This document shows positions 11,075 through 24,089 of a stretch of DNA of 44,834 nucleotides, one piece after another (position 1 is the first letter of the stretch; each line of letters opens with the position of its first letter). This DNA comes from Octopus bimaculoides (lineage: Eukaryota): the NCBI RefSeq assembly GCF_001194135.2, contig NC_068997.1:50662398-50707231 (forward strand), in the 5' to 3' direction. A model generated the notes under the pieces. The model was not told the origin of the DNA. It did no database searches and worked only from the letters and a program-made list of their open reading frames with translations. Position numbers and translations under genes: made by a program.

Positions 11075-11272
11075 TATCATCGTAAATATACAGGGATTAG
11101 CATTGAGTTGCTTCTCCAACATACTGAAAATTTAGAAATAGCAGTCAAAAAACTACTGATTCTAAACTACAAATTTGTAGTTTAGAATCAGTAGATTTTT
11201 GACTGCTATTTCTAAATTTTCAGTATGTTGGAGAAGCAACTCAATGCTAATCCCTGTATATTTACGATGATA
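11075..11272. repeat. Spacerless 198-bp palindrome
   Basis: Centre 11173/11174 (CTACAAA|TTTGTAG), 99-bp arms with one mismatch. Confidence 0.9.
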
Positions 11273-11342
11273 AATGATTTTACCGATAAAGGTTTTTTTC
11301 NNNNNNNNNNNNNNNNNNNNNNNNNNNNNNNNNNNNNNNNNN

Positions 11343-11390
<48 letters not shown>

Positions 11391-12242
11391 GTCTATGTGC
11401 ATGTATGTATATATTTGATATGTAAAAATTAGAACAAATGCAGAGTTTCTGGGCAAAGACTTTCTGTATGTGCCATATGATGCTGTTTCATCGGAATGTC
11501 TCCATTAATTGTAATTCATAAACCCCTTTCCTATTAATGTAACAAATAAACCATTTTTGAATGCATAAAAAAGTCTCCTTGTTACATGTAAATAGACTGA
11601 AAACACAGAGTTTTCACTTGATATCACCTGTAGATTTTAAGTCAATAAATCTTAATAAAAGTAAGTCAAAATAAAGTCGAGATATAACTGGTGGGAGTTT
11701 ATTTATTTTATAGGTCATAGTATTAACTATAGTATCAATTATTTTATAGGTCATAGTTGAAGAAAAATTTCTTCCGAGAAAAATAGTACCTGTTAACTAA
11801 CTTATGTTCCAAACTCTCTCAACTTTAACAACAATTATGCCGACCAATTTTTACTCCTTTACACGATGTAGTATTTGCAATGTAATGATTTCAAAAAGGT
11901 AGTGAGAAAGTAACAAGAAATCACAAATTACTCATTTTACCCGGGTTACTAATTTAACACCTCCCTCGAACCGATTCGGCATTCCAGAAGCCTAAAGGAG
12001 GCGGGCTCCCGTTAGGGGCCTGAGAAACTTGAAGTAGCACGATACCGGATCAAACCGTTTCAATACTTCTAACTCCTACTAAATGTGTCGAGTGCTCCTT
12101 TTCTTTCGTTTGTCCACACGTTCGTGTATATATATATATATATGTGTGTGTGTGTAAATATGTTTGTCTTTATTTATATATACAGTGGGGGAATGGGTGT
12201 GATGTTTTGGCTGTACACAGCGGCCAAAGGGTGTAGCTTTAT

Positions 12243-12256
12243 GTCGCCATAGAAAC
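12243..12256 (+). promoter_or_regulatory. RFX X-box GTCGCCATAGAAAC
   Basis: Exact fit to the X-box consensus GTHNYYATRRNAAC, 6 bp before the ATG of a ciliary gene. Confidence 0.75.
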
Positions 12257-12262
12257 AGCAAG

Positions 12263-12378
12263 ATGGTGGACCGTTCGGAGACGTATAGTTGTAGCACGGC
12301 CACAACAAACGAAGCGGGTGATGAGCGTCTTCTTGAAATGAATAACGAGCAGTTGGAGAATTTAGTGAAAGATCTAGA
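12263..12378 (+). CDS. CCDC113: CCDC113/CFAP263 coding exon 1 (MVDRSETYSCSTATTNEAGDERLLEMNNEQLENLVKDLE)
   Basis: ATG at 12263 in a CpG-containing island, open to donor GA|GTAAGA. Phase 2 joins exon 2 in frame (GA+A = Glu). Confidence 0.85.
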
Positions 12379-15216
12379 GTAAGAGTTTTGATATGTCTAT
12401 TGCACTTTCTTTCGTTGAAATGTTTCGGTTTAAATTTTTCTCTTTATATTAATTATGTTAATTTAATTAACATACCTACACTTCATAACTTTCAGAAAAA
12501 TTTATATTGTTTTAATAAAATTTTCTATAGATATCTTTCTGATGTTATAGATTCCGATTATATCGAAATTCAATGTGAAAGAAAAAAGAGAAAAGAAAAA
12601 AAGAAAATTGTTGGGTGCACACACCTCACACATGGGGTGGGTGGGGCAAAATGAGTAATTTCTGATTTCTTGTTATTTTTTTTTTTTCCCTTATCTGTTT
12701 CAAATCGTTATATTGCAAGTATTGCATCGCCATTCTGTACTGTTGTATCAACTGTGCGAGACTTTGAAACATTCAGGTGACAGGTACATTTTTTCGAGAG
12801 ATTTCTCTTCAACTTTGACCCGGCTGTAATTGAGGTTGCTAATAAAATATCTGGAAAATTTTTGCCGTCTGACAATCAACATCCTTTTCTCTGTTGGATT
12901 CCTAGTAAATTTTCCCACACTAATGTCGAATTTGATCATTTTCAATTTACAAGAAATGATGTCTAAACTGGGGCAGAATGATTACTAATTACAATAATTT
13001 CTTCTCTTTAACTGCATAAATATGTCAGAGAGGAACTCCGGCAGGCGGAGGTAAGGANNNNNNNNNNNNNNNNNNNNNNNNNNNNNNNNNNNNNNNNNNN
13101 NNNNNNNNNNNNNNNNNNNNNNNNNNNNNNNNNNNNNNNNNNNNNNNNNNNNNNNNNNNNNNNNNNNNNNNNNNNNNNNNNNNNNNNNNNNNNNNNNNNN
13201 NNNNNNNNNNNNNNNNNNNNNNNNNNNNNNNNNNNNNNNNNNNNNNNNNNNNNNNNNNNNNNNNNNNNNNNNNNNNNNNNNNNNNNNNNNNNNNNNNNNN
13301 NNNNNNNNNNNNNNNNNNNNNNNNNNNNNNNNNNNNNNNNNNNNNNNNNNNNNNNNNNNNNNNNNNNNNNNNNNNNNNNNNNNNNNNNNNNNNNNNNNNN
13401 NNNNNNNNNNNNNNNNNNNNNNNNNNNNNNNNNNNNNNNNNNNNNNNNNNNNNNNNNNNNNNNNNNNNNNNNNNNNNNNNNNNNNNNNNNNNNNNNNNNN
13501 NNNNNNNNNNNNNNNNNNNNNNNNNNNNNNNNNNNNNNNNNNNNNNNNNNNNNNNNNNNNNNNNNNNNNNNNNNNNNNNNNNNNNNNNNNNNNNNNNNNN
13601 NNNNNNNNNNNNNNNNNNNNNNNNNNNNNNNNNNNNNNNNNNNNNNNNNNNNNNNNNNNNNNNNNNNNNNNNNNNNNNNNNNNNNNNNNNNNNNNNNNNN
13701 NNNNNNNNNNNNNNNNNNNNNNNNNNNNNNNNNNNNNNNNNNNNNNNNNNNNNCGAATCTTGAAATTAAAAAAAATAAATTGTGATGTGTTTCAGTATGT
13801 ATGTGTGCGCGCCCACCAATTTTTTTTTATCATAATCTACACTATCCCAAAGGTATTTGTAAAAAATTTCATTTAAAATTACCCATTTTTCTGGAAATTA
13901 TGAAGAAACAAACTTGATTCAGGTGAATTATCTGAAACTTCTTTCCAACAAGGAAATAAATTTTTATGACTAATTCTGATATAATTGTAATCAGTAATTG
14001 TTCATTTAAAAAAAAATCTACACCATCTGGAAGGTATACGAAAAAAAATTCCGTTGAAAAATATCAATTTTTGTGGGAGTAATGAGGAAGCCAATTGTGA
14101 CCAGTAGACACACATTTCTGTAGTTTCGCCATTAAATTTAGGTCCCTGCAGGTGCTTTAGAATTAACGTTTCATTTAATAAATATGTCGTAATTTAAAAA
14201 AAAATATTTCGGAAATATACTTAGCATGCACGTGATTTGGCGAAAGTAATGAATACGTACACCCGGTGTTTCGGAATAGGGTTTTTGTTAGGCCGAAAAC
14301 ACCTCCGCCAGTTATTTTATCTGAGACTGTGTTGAAACTAAATCAATTACAACTTGAAAGACACACGTAAAAACTGTTAACAGGGTGAAGTCAACCACGG
14401 GTATAATGTTTTAAACGAAATGATCAGTTTCTTTTTTCTTGTGTGTGCGTGTTTTTGAATAGCTAAATATGTCTTAAATGTGTTGTAAAATGGAAGTGAC
14501 CTGAGACCTTTTGGAAATAAAGAAAATTCACTATAAGTGTGTTGGAAAGTTTTAAATAAAGTTTAGCAATATATACAAATGGGAAAACCAGTGTAAGGGA
14601 CAGGTTAATTAATAACCGTAGTGACAAAGTAAAATTTAAAACAAAGCGGGACGGAAGATATTGTGGGAAAGTGAAGAAAATAATGAATTTATATATAAGA
14701 ATACAAATATACATACGAGTAAACCTCGATCTCTTGCCCACCAGAAATAACATCCAAATCTTGCCCCAAATTACACAGTACCGAATAAAAAAAAATAATA
14801 AAATGCGTAAGGACACAAAAATGCAATATGGTCGTATTAGGAACGCTTAAGTTTGCTTGATCAGAACAGATAAGGGTCGAATAACAATAATGATTACGCA
14901 TATGCACATATACGTGTACACATTAGCACTGGGAGAATGTGAATTGAAAGAGGATTGTGTAGCTTAAAAGTTCATTTTGCAAACATGTAATGGAAAGACC
15001 CCCGCCATTTTCTCGCATATTATTGGTTTTCTAAATGTTTTTTTTGGTCAAAAACCCACGTTTTCTGATACAGAGATTCCGGAAAATTGCCAAAAATTGG
15101 AATTTTGAAATAGCGGAATTCTAGGAATAGCTATTCAAAAACTCAGCCTAACTTTTTTTCTGTCTTCTCATTAATAAAAAGAAAAGGGTGGGGTTGAAAA
15201 TATTTCCTTAGTATAC

Positions 15217-16031
15217 ATCATCATCATCATCATCATCAACATCGTTTAACGTCCGCTTTCCATGCTAGCATGGGTTGGACGATTTGACTGAGGACTGGTG
15301 AACCAGATGGCTACACCAGCCTCCAATCTGATATGGCAGAGTTTCTACAGCTGGATGCCAGACAGCTGCTCTGGCAATGATCATGCTCGGATAGTGCTGT
15401 TAGTGCTCCACTGGCACAGGTGCCGGTCATTGAATATGGTTCATCGAATATGGTTCAATTACGATTTCGATTTCACTTGCCTCAACAGGTATTCGCAAGC
15501 AGAGTTTAGTGTCCAATGAAGAAGTTGGCATGGGTGCCAGTCGTCGAATTTGGTTCGATTTCAGTTTCACTTGCCTTNNNNNNNNNNNNNNNNNNNNNNN
15601 NNNNNNNNNNNNNNNNNNNNNNNNNNNNNNNNNNNNNNNNNNNNNNNNNNNNNNNNNNNNNNNNNNNNNNNNNNNNNNNNNNNNNNNNNNNNNNNNNNNN
15701 NNNNNNNNNNNNNNNNNNNNNNNNNNNNNNNNNNNNNNNNNNNNNNNNNNNNNNNNNNNNNNNNNNNNNNNNNNNNNNNNNNNNNNNNNNNNNNNNNNNN
15801 NNNNNNACAGGTCTTCGCAAGCAGAGTTTAGTGTCCAATGAAGAAGAAGTTGGCATGGGTGCCAGTCGTCGAATTTGGTTCGATTTCAGTTTCACTTGCC
15901 TCAACAGGTCTTCGCAAGCAGAGTTTAGTGTCCAATGAAGAAGAAGTTGGCATGGGTGCCAGTCGTCGAATTTGGTTCGATTTCAGTTTCACTTGCCTTA
16001 ACAGGTCTTCGCAAGCAGAGTTTAGTGTCCA
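15217..16031 (-). mobile_element. RTE 3' region with an expanded 97-bp tandem array
   Basis: Starts with (CAT)n. The unit ACAGGTCTTCGCAAGCAGAG recurs at 15807, 15904 and 16001, with a variant at 15485, across an N gap. Confidence 0.8.
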
Positions 16032-17202
16032 ATTAAGTAAACAGTTTAAGAGGATCCAAAATTTTAAAAAGAAATAAAAAAAAGTAGATTCAGTCAAATT
16101 TTTTAAACATAAAAGACCTGATGGATTAAAAGAGGGGTCAACAATGTTAAAAGAATTCTTTTGGATTCAAAGGAAAATTTAAACTATTGCAAAATATTTG
16201 ATTGCTATATATATATATTTTTTTAATTTCTAACTCCAAGGTTTAGTGTCTCATTGCAGCCCCTGATGTTTAGGGATTCCTGAGCCATGACCTTTATATA
16301 AGTCTGGCCTTGTATTATATATATGATAGATATATGTATGTATATATGTATAAATGTATGTATGTATATGTATATATGTGTGTATATGTATGTACATGTG
16401 TATATATATGTGTATTTATATCTATATTTGTATATATTAACACACATCAATGTTTGTTTTTATGTTCAATTATAATAAAAACAATTTTACATTATTCTGA
16501 TGGATTACTGCATATTTTTGTAGAGTAGTTTTGGCCAGTCAAGTCATTGTCAGGCAGTCCCACAATACCGTAATTAGCCAAAACTGCGAAGTCACTATCA
16601 ATAATATTCTCGTTTAAGAGCAATAAGTATATGTGTATGTGTGTGTGTGTACATATATGTATGTATTGAAATGTGTTGGGTTAGGTTGCATTGATTGGTG
16701 TTAGAAGATAAATGCAAAGCCTTTGTCTAGCCCAGAGCTAGAAAAAAAAGATTTTTTTACCCATACCTGTGGTAATGAGATCCTCTGTATCTGTTAGTAC
16801 GGCCTTTAAGATATTGTTTTACCTGTTGTATACATAAGAAGTAATACAGACGTATTAGCTCACCTATCAGTGACAACCGATAGCTGCTTGTACTGATAGG
16901 TACTTCTGTGTGCTTGTGTGTATGTATGCTTATAGATATATATATGTACTATAGGCACAGGCGTCACTGTGTTGTAAGAAGCCTGCTTTCTGGCCACATA
17001 GTTCCAGGTTCAGTCCTACTGCATGGCATCTTGGGCAAAGTGTCTTCTATTACAGCCTTGGGCCAACCAAAGCCTTGTGAGTGGATTTAGTAGCCGGAAC
17101 CAGAAAGAAGCCCATCAGAAATATATATATATATATATATATATGTTTTATTTTATTTTTTTTATCTAGTTTCAGCTCATGAGTTGTGGCCATGCTGGGG
17201 CA

Positions 17203-17235
<33 letters not shown>

Positions 17236-17898
17236 NNNNNNNNNNCATAACCAACAAGTGAAAAACGTGTAAACATACAAGAGATAAGTACAGGACAAAA
17301 TACAAAAGGAAGTCTAACTTTTCCTCAGTTGTCGACTGTTTATAACTCCCTATTTCATCAAAGAAGAATAAAATTCTCCAAACCACATATCTCTCACTAT
17401 ATGTAAACACACATAATGATTTTTTCCAGTTTGTAAATCTTACAAACTGTAAAAATGATTTTTCTAGATGTATTTACTAATCTCAGTGTGTGTTTACATA
17501 TAGTTGAGAGATATACATGACTTGGAGAATTTTATTCTTCTTTCAAGCAAACAGCTATATTTTCTACCTTGGCTTTCAATATATATTTTGCATTTTTGGA
17601 TCTGTTTGCTAAGCCACATAATCATTGCTTTTTTAACGATAATGATGATTTATTTTAATTTTGTATATATATATAATATAATATAGGATAAATTCTTTAT
17701 AAGAATTTATCAAGTAGTCAGCGTGAAAAAACCTCATAATGAAAAAAGAACGAAAAATTTCGTAATGAAAAAATTCATTGTTTCTTCATAGATATATTTA
17801 ATTATATATAAAGGGCATTAACTGTGTATCAATGCCTCACGCTATCGAGGGACTAAATAAGTAAAAAAAACTACCAAAAGTAAGCAACNNNNNNNNNN

Positions 17899-18080
17899 AC
17901 AGAAAATTGCACTACTGGGTACTGCACACATTCTACGCAAAACACTTTCAATACAGTAAACATAAGAGCACCACAGCAAACCACAGCACATACCCAAGGC
18001 GCACAGAGCTGCGCTCGGTAGTGAAGTGAAAGCACGTTATAAAAATAAAACTACTGAATAATAATAATAATAATAATAAT
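17899..18080 (+). mobile_element. R4/Dong-like LINE 3' end with (TAA)n tail
   Basis: QKIALLGTAHILRKTLSIQ-stop (17900-17959), short UTR, then (AAT)n. Confidence 0.75.
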
Positions 18081-20395
18081 AATCCTTTCTACTATAGGCA
18101 CAAGGCCTGAAATTTTGGGGAGGGGGGCAGTTCGACCCAAGTACACAACTAGTACTTATTTTATTGACCTGAATATAATAATAATAATAAAAATAATAGT
18201 CGCTGATACATCAATAATAATTATGAGTAGTAAAGAAACATCAGCACTGTCCATGGACATTGTTTAGTCAAAAAGTAAACGCTGTAAAGATGGACCCATA
18301 ACAAAACCAATCAAAAGAGAAAGAATGGTGGACAGATAACCATGAATACTAAGAAATTGTTGATTTATGATTTACACACACTACTATGCAACACTCTCAA
18401 AACATACAGGAATAAACTCATACCAGGCGTGGTTGTGTGGTATGAAGCTTGCTTCCCAACTACATGGTTCCAGGTTCAGTCTCACTGCATGGCATCTTGG
18501 ACAAGAGTCTTCAGCTACAGCCTTGGCTGACCAGAGCCTTGTGAATGGATTTGGTAGATGGAAACTGAAAGAAGCCTGTCGTGCATATATATATATATAT
18601 ATATATATGTCATATACATATATGTATGTACATATTTGTGTGATGTGGCAGGGATTTGACGGCTGGGTGCCCTTCCTAACACCAACCACTCTGCAGAGTG
18701 GACTCGGTGCTTTATGTGTGGCACTAGCACAGGCGAGGATAGTTTTGGCATGATTTTTACAGCTGGATGCCCTTCCAGATGCCAACCACGTTACAATGTG
18801 GACTGGGTGCTTTTAACATGGCACCAACACTGACAGGGTCACCAAGTAACTTGCAAGACAAGGAATTAGGAGAGGGACAGTGGGGGCATTTGAGGACGGG
18901 AACTTGTGTCGGAGGATGAAAGGTTAGAGGGGAAGCAGGTGTCTTGCCACAACAGGGCGGTGGGGTGGGGGTGGGGTCATTAGAGGAGGTGATCCGGTAT
19001 CAGATGATGAAAGGTTAGAGTGTAACAGAGAAATGGAGAGGTAGAAATAGGTGTCTTGCTATAGAGGAGGCAGATGGTAAGAGAGAGAGAGAGGGGGGTA
19101 TAAGAAAGAGGCCAGAAACAAGTGTACTGATGTAGTCAGAGGGAAAACAAGAGGAGGAGGAGGAGAGAGAGAGTGACTAAGGGAAAGAGAGAGAGAGGGT
19201 AGGAAAGGGCAAAAGTGTAAGAGAGATGGTGTAGGGCTAAGGTATACTCACAAGTAACAAGAATATGAGTGTAGAATCTGGGTATAAAAATAGGGTGTGA
19301 GTGTTGGGGGTGGAGGAGCAGCGATACAGTTTGTATGTATGTATATATCTATGTGTGCATGTCTTTGTGTCTGTGTTTGTCTCCCCCCCCACCCCCACCA
19401 CTTGATTGACAACCGGTGTTGGTGTGTTTATGCCCCTACGACTTAGAAGCTCAATAAACGAAACCTATGGAATAAGTACCAGTCTTTATAAGAAAAAAAA
19501 AGTCCTGGGATCAATTTGTTTAACTATGAACCATTCGTGACTGTGCTCCAGCACTGTTGTATTTCCCTCGGAAGACTCGCCGAGATAACACAACGAGTTG
19601 TACAATTTAATTATTACATTTATTATTCAATTGCATACAAAGAACGCACTCACCTAATGTTCGTTATAAATAAACAAAAGTCATGTCCGCCATATATATA
19701 TCAATGACATTTTACTACGACAGTCACACAAGACAACAATGAAACAATGAACTCAGACGAACCACATTGACACACGGAACGTCAGACGAATTTCATATCT
19801 AACAGTCCATATAACAAGCATGGTCACAGTGGAATGACTGAAATGAAAGATGAAAGACTCACTGAATATCCTGTTGTCGCTGGGTAATTTTCACAATTGA
19901 ATGCTTTCACAGATTTTGGAATAACACACCCACATAACTCGTTAGATTTTCTCTATTCATGGGAATTTTTCAAATGATTTTTCATCACTCCCAAGCAAAT
20001 GGGAGTGGGGAAAGCTTTTTATGATCTTGCAAAATAATATAAATTTTTTTCTACCCCCTTCTTCCGATTTTGGCCAACTTATTTTTTGCACTACACACTT
20101 GAAACGATGGGAGAAGCCTTGAAGGTTAATAAAAAAATATTTTAGAAATTGACAATTGTCATTACAATCTCCACTTTCTTATTTTCCAACAGAAAATGAA
20201 ACATAACTTCAAAATAATAGTGAATTTATAGGCGCAGGAATGGCTGTGTGGTAAGTAGCTTGCTTACCAACCACATGGTTCCGGGTTCATTTCCACTGCA
20301 TGGCACCTTGGGCAAGTGTCTTCTACTATAGCCTCAGGCCGACCAAAGCCTTGTGAGTGGATTTGGTAGACGGAAACTGAAAGAAGCCCGTCGTA

Positions 20396-20434
<39 letters not shown>

Positions 20435-20981
20435 TTGTGTGTCTGTGTTTGTCCCCCCAACATCGCTTNNNNNNNNNNNNNNNNNNNNNNNNNNNNNNNN
20501 NNNNNNNNNNNNNNNNNNNNNNNNNNNNNNNNNNNNNNNNNNNNNNNNNNNNNNNNNNNNNNNNNNNNNNNNNNNNNNNNNNNNNNNNNNNNNNNNNNNN
20601 NNNNNNNNNNNNNNNNNNNNNNNNNNNNNNNNNNNNNNNNNNNNNNNNNNNNNNNNNNNNNNNNNNNNNNNNNNNNNNNNNNNNNNNNNNNNNNNNNNNN
20701 NNNNNNNNNNNNNNNNNNNNNNNNNNNNNNNNNNNNNNNNNNNNNNNNNNNNNNNNNNNNNNNNNNNCCCACAACCACCTGGCGTCTTTCTTGTTTCTTT
20801 GTCACTCTGACATATATTAATGTTTCTTAATATTTTCCTCCCTATAAACACATTGGTGGTCCATTGTGGCTTGCAAGAAACAACAGCAAAAACAATTTCC
20901 TATTTAAATCTTTAACCCCACCCACATCAAGTGAGTCCATGTGTGCATGCGCGCGCGTGTGTGTGTGTAACAATATACATA

Positions 20982-21185
20982 TATTGGGTTGTCCGGAAAG
21001 TTCATGCCAATTTTCCAAAAGGTTCTTCTCATTCAATTCACGTGGTACCCAAACATCGTAGTGATTTGTGTACCCAAGCTTTACCAGGTGCTCATGAACA
21101 ACGGATTTTGATAGGTTGAGGCTTTCTGCCAATTCTCGGGTTGTGCAATGTGGGTTATTCTCAATTAATAACTTGATTTGTTTAC
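20982..21185 (-). mobile_element. Mariner deletion derivative
   Basis: IENNPHCTTRELAESLNLSKSVVHEHLVKLG...VWVPREL (HTH and WVPHEL-like motif), next to a TATTGGGTTG TIR-like end. Confidence 0.85.
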
Positions 21186-21242
21186 GTACCACCAGCATGG
21201 ATACCAATTCACGTGACACTGGTATCTGCTATGACTGCAATT

Positions 21243-21735
21243 TTGCTCGGCTTGGTAGGTCTTCATCTCAAGCATGACATAATGCCAAAGGTCCTCCATG
21301 AGGCCCAACGTTCAAAAGATGTTCTCTATGTGTCACCTGCACAGGTGCACTTGGCTTGACGGGTCCTCTAAAGCACAGCACATCGCCAAAAGGTCTCGGT
21401 CACCAGTCATTGCTTCTGTGTGGCCCCCAAGTTTGAAGATCATGCTTCACCACCTCTATGACAGATTCCCACAGTTAGAGATCAGCACTTCTTTACACAC
21501 CTGTCCTCCTCCATATGCATCACATGACCATACCAGCACAGTCATCTCTCTTGCACACCACGTCTGATTCTTCTTATGCCTAATTTTTCTCTCAAGATGC
21601 TTACACTCTGTCGAACATGCACATCCAGCAAAGCATACTTGCTTTATTTCTTTCAAGCCTATGCATGTCCTTGCGTGTCATAGCCCATGTTTCACTGCCA
21701 TGCAGCATAGCTGTTCACACACGGTTACATACAGA
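21243..21735 (-). mobile_element. RTE LINE fragment
   Basis: Diverged reverse complement of the RT C-terminus and 3' UTR at 25600-26050. Confidence 0.75.
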
Positions 21736-21995
21736 CATCCCCCCACATACATATACACACATGTGTCTATGTGCATATGTTATGTGACAGTAAGATAAGG
21801 TCAATCATTTTTCATTTGTTTATCAGTTTCAAGGTTTAAAGAATTCAACTACTACTGTTACCTGGCACATCAGGTATGAATACAATAAAAAAATATGATG
21901 TTCGTCTATGGTGGTCCATGTGTCATGTAACAGTGCAACTGTCGTAGCTTCATGTTGAGCAATATATTCTTCTTCATCACCATCATCATTATCAC

Positions 21996-22873
21996 CATGA
22001 AGTCATCACTGCATTTGAAAGAGCTGGATTTTGTTTATCAAAACTTACCCAATTAGAAAACAAACAGTCCAGGTTCAAACTGGAGATGAGACCTTATAAC
22101 AAGCCTAAAATTTATAAATTCAGTTTTTTGAGCAATATTAGTTCAGCTGAATGCCAATCATACATGGTGATGACCACCACATCACTCCACTGACACATAC
22201 ATTTAAACAGTTTCCATTTTATAAATTCCATTCTCTCTTTCGCTTCCTTTTTTTCCACTGGGGAAACTCGTGTTTTCCATGCTGGCATGGGTTGTATGGT
22301 TTGATAGGAGCTAGGACGCCAGAGAACTGCAATGGGCTCTGATGTCTGCTTTGGCATGATTTCTACAATTAGATGTCATTTCTGAATATCAACCATTTCA
22401 CCCAGAGTGGAACTGGGTGCTTTTTTGTGTGGCACTGTCACCATTGAGTTCACCAAGTAACTTGCAAGACAAGATCTCTTCAACTGAGGGTATCGGGGAG
22501 TAGTACTGTGGAAGGTGGCTATCTGCCAGGTGTGAAGAGGTTGAAGTGTGATATAGGAGCTGAAACAGGTGTGTTGCATTAGGGGGCAGGGAGGATACAT
22601 AGCTCCCCCAGTGGAAAAAGAGGAAGAGAAAGAGAGAATGGAATTTGTAAGATGGAAACTGTTTAAATGTATGTGTCAGTAGAGTGATGTGGTGGTCATC
22701 ACTGTGTATGACTGGTATTCAGCTGAACTAATATTGCTCAAAAAACTAAATTCATAAATTTTAGGCTTGTTATAAGGTCTCATCTCCAGTTTGAACCTGG
22801 ACTGTTTGTTTTCTAATTGCGTAAGTTTTGATAAACAAAATCCAGCTCTTTCAAATGCAGTGATGACTTCATG
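21996..22873. repeat. Inverted duplication with 268-bp arms (21996-22263 and 22606-22873)
   Basis: By eye the arms are reverse complements with roughly a dozen substitutions. The 342-bp spacer is repeat-derived. Confidence 0.9.
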
Positions 22874-24089
22874 AAAAATATTTAGCACTGATAACTGACA
22901 ATCTCATTTTCATTGAGTGATATCTGCAAAAATGCTGACAAATCAAAAATTGTTAATTGCAAGTTAGACTTTGATTTTTTGGTGTTTATATAAAGAGAAA
23001 AGAGGAAGGCAGACAAATGGTTTCTTTGTTACAGAAAGAGAAGGAAAAGTTGCTGACAGACTAGAGAGATTTGAACACAGCCATGTTACATCTGGCACAC
23101 TCAACGATCAGCCAGTCTGAACAACCAAATCTGTTACTAATCTAAAAATGGCAAGGGACACATGTACTCATTCTTCCAAGCTCTATTTCTCTGCACCCAA
23201 TTGCATTAGCTGTACAACCAAACCAGGGCCTCACGGAAGCCAAGTGATTGAGCTCCTTTTGAGTGTTGGGCCTTACAGAAGCAATGACCGAAACCTTTGG
23301 CATTATGTCATACTTGAGAAGAAGACCCATCAAGCCAAGGAAAATTGCAGTCATTCTGAGCCAAACTGCACCCCTCTTCATAGGTGACACCTATCTCGGT
23401 CAAGTCTTCCCACAGTCTCTTGCCTCATCTTCACTGGCCATCCTCTTTTTCTCCTGTCCACTTGATGGCTGCCCTTGTGGCCAAGCAGCTTCCTTCTCTG
23501 CATCTGGCCATGTGATATTGGCCAAGCAGCTCTTTTCATGATTGTTTGTTTGTGATGTGGTCATGGCAGATTATTTTCAGGATATTTCTTAGGCACCAGG
23601 AATGAAAAGCATTCACAATGTTGCAGATTCTCTCCCTTTGCCTCTATGTTTTACTTGCGTTCAATGCTGTAGGAATAACATCATCATCATCATCATTTAA
23701 CGTCCGCTTTCCATGCTAGCATGGGTTGGACGATTTGACTGAGGACTGGTGAAACCAGATGGCTACACCAGGCTCCAATCTGATTTGGCAGAGTTTCTAC
23801 AGCTGGATGCCCTTCCTAACGCCAACGGCTGTGCTCGAAATGGTGTATTTTATGTGCCACCTGCACAGGAGATGCATATAGATGAAGTTCAATCCCTTGG
23901 TGTCTGAAAGAGAATCACCAAATAAGTCTCAATCATTGGACAACTGCCATCATTCTGCCACATCTAATCTTGATCTCAGTTTCCGCCTAGGTACATAATG
24001 AACCGGAAAATTGAATATTTTGTCCAGTAAAATTAAACAATAAAAAAAACAGAAATTATTATGATTTTATTCTCATTCTTTAATTTTAG

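Larger units (their letters stand above)
11940..12380. promoter_or_regulatory. CpG-containing island, probable promoter region (possibly bidirectional)
   Basis: Locally raised CpG and GC against an AT-rich background. Lies between the 5' ends of two divergent genes. Confidence 0.5.
11749..12820. repeat. Diverged inverted repeat pair (11749-11938 and 12648-12820) bracketing the promoter and CCDC113 exon 1
   Basis: The 28-bp inner block AAAATGAGTAATTT(C/G)TGATTTCTTGTTA has 1 mismatch. Patchy similarity extends outward. Confidence 0.7.

Noticed and set aside
15420-16031. CRISPR-like regular repeats
   Set aside because: There are no unique spacers; this is a plain tandem array in a eukaryotic LINE UTR.
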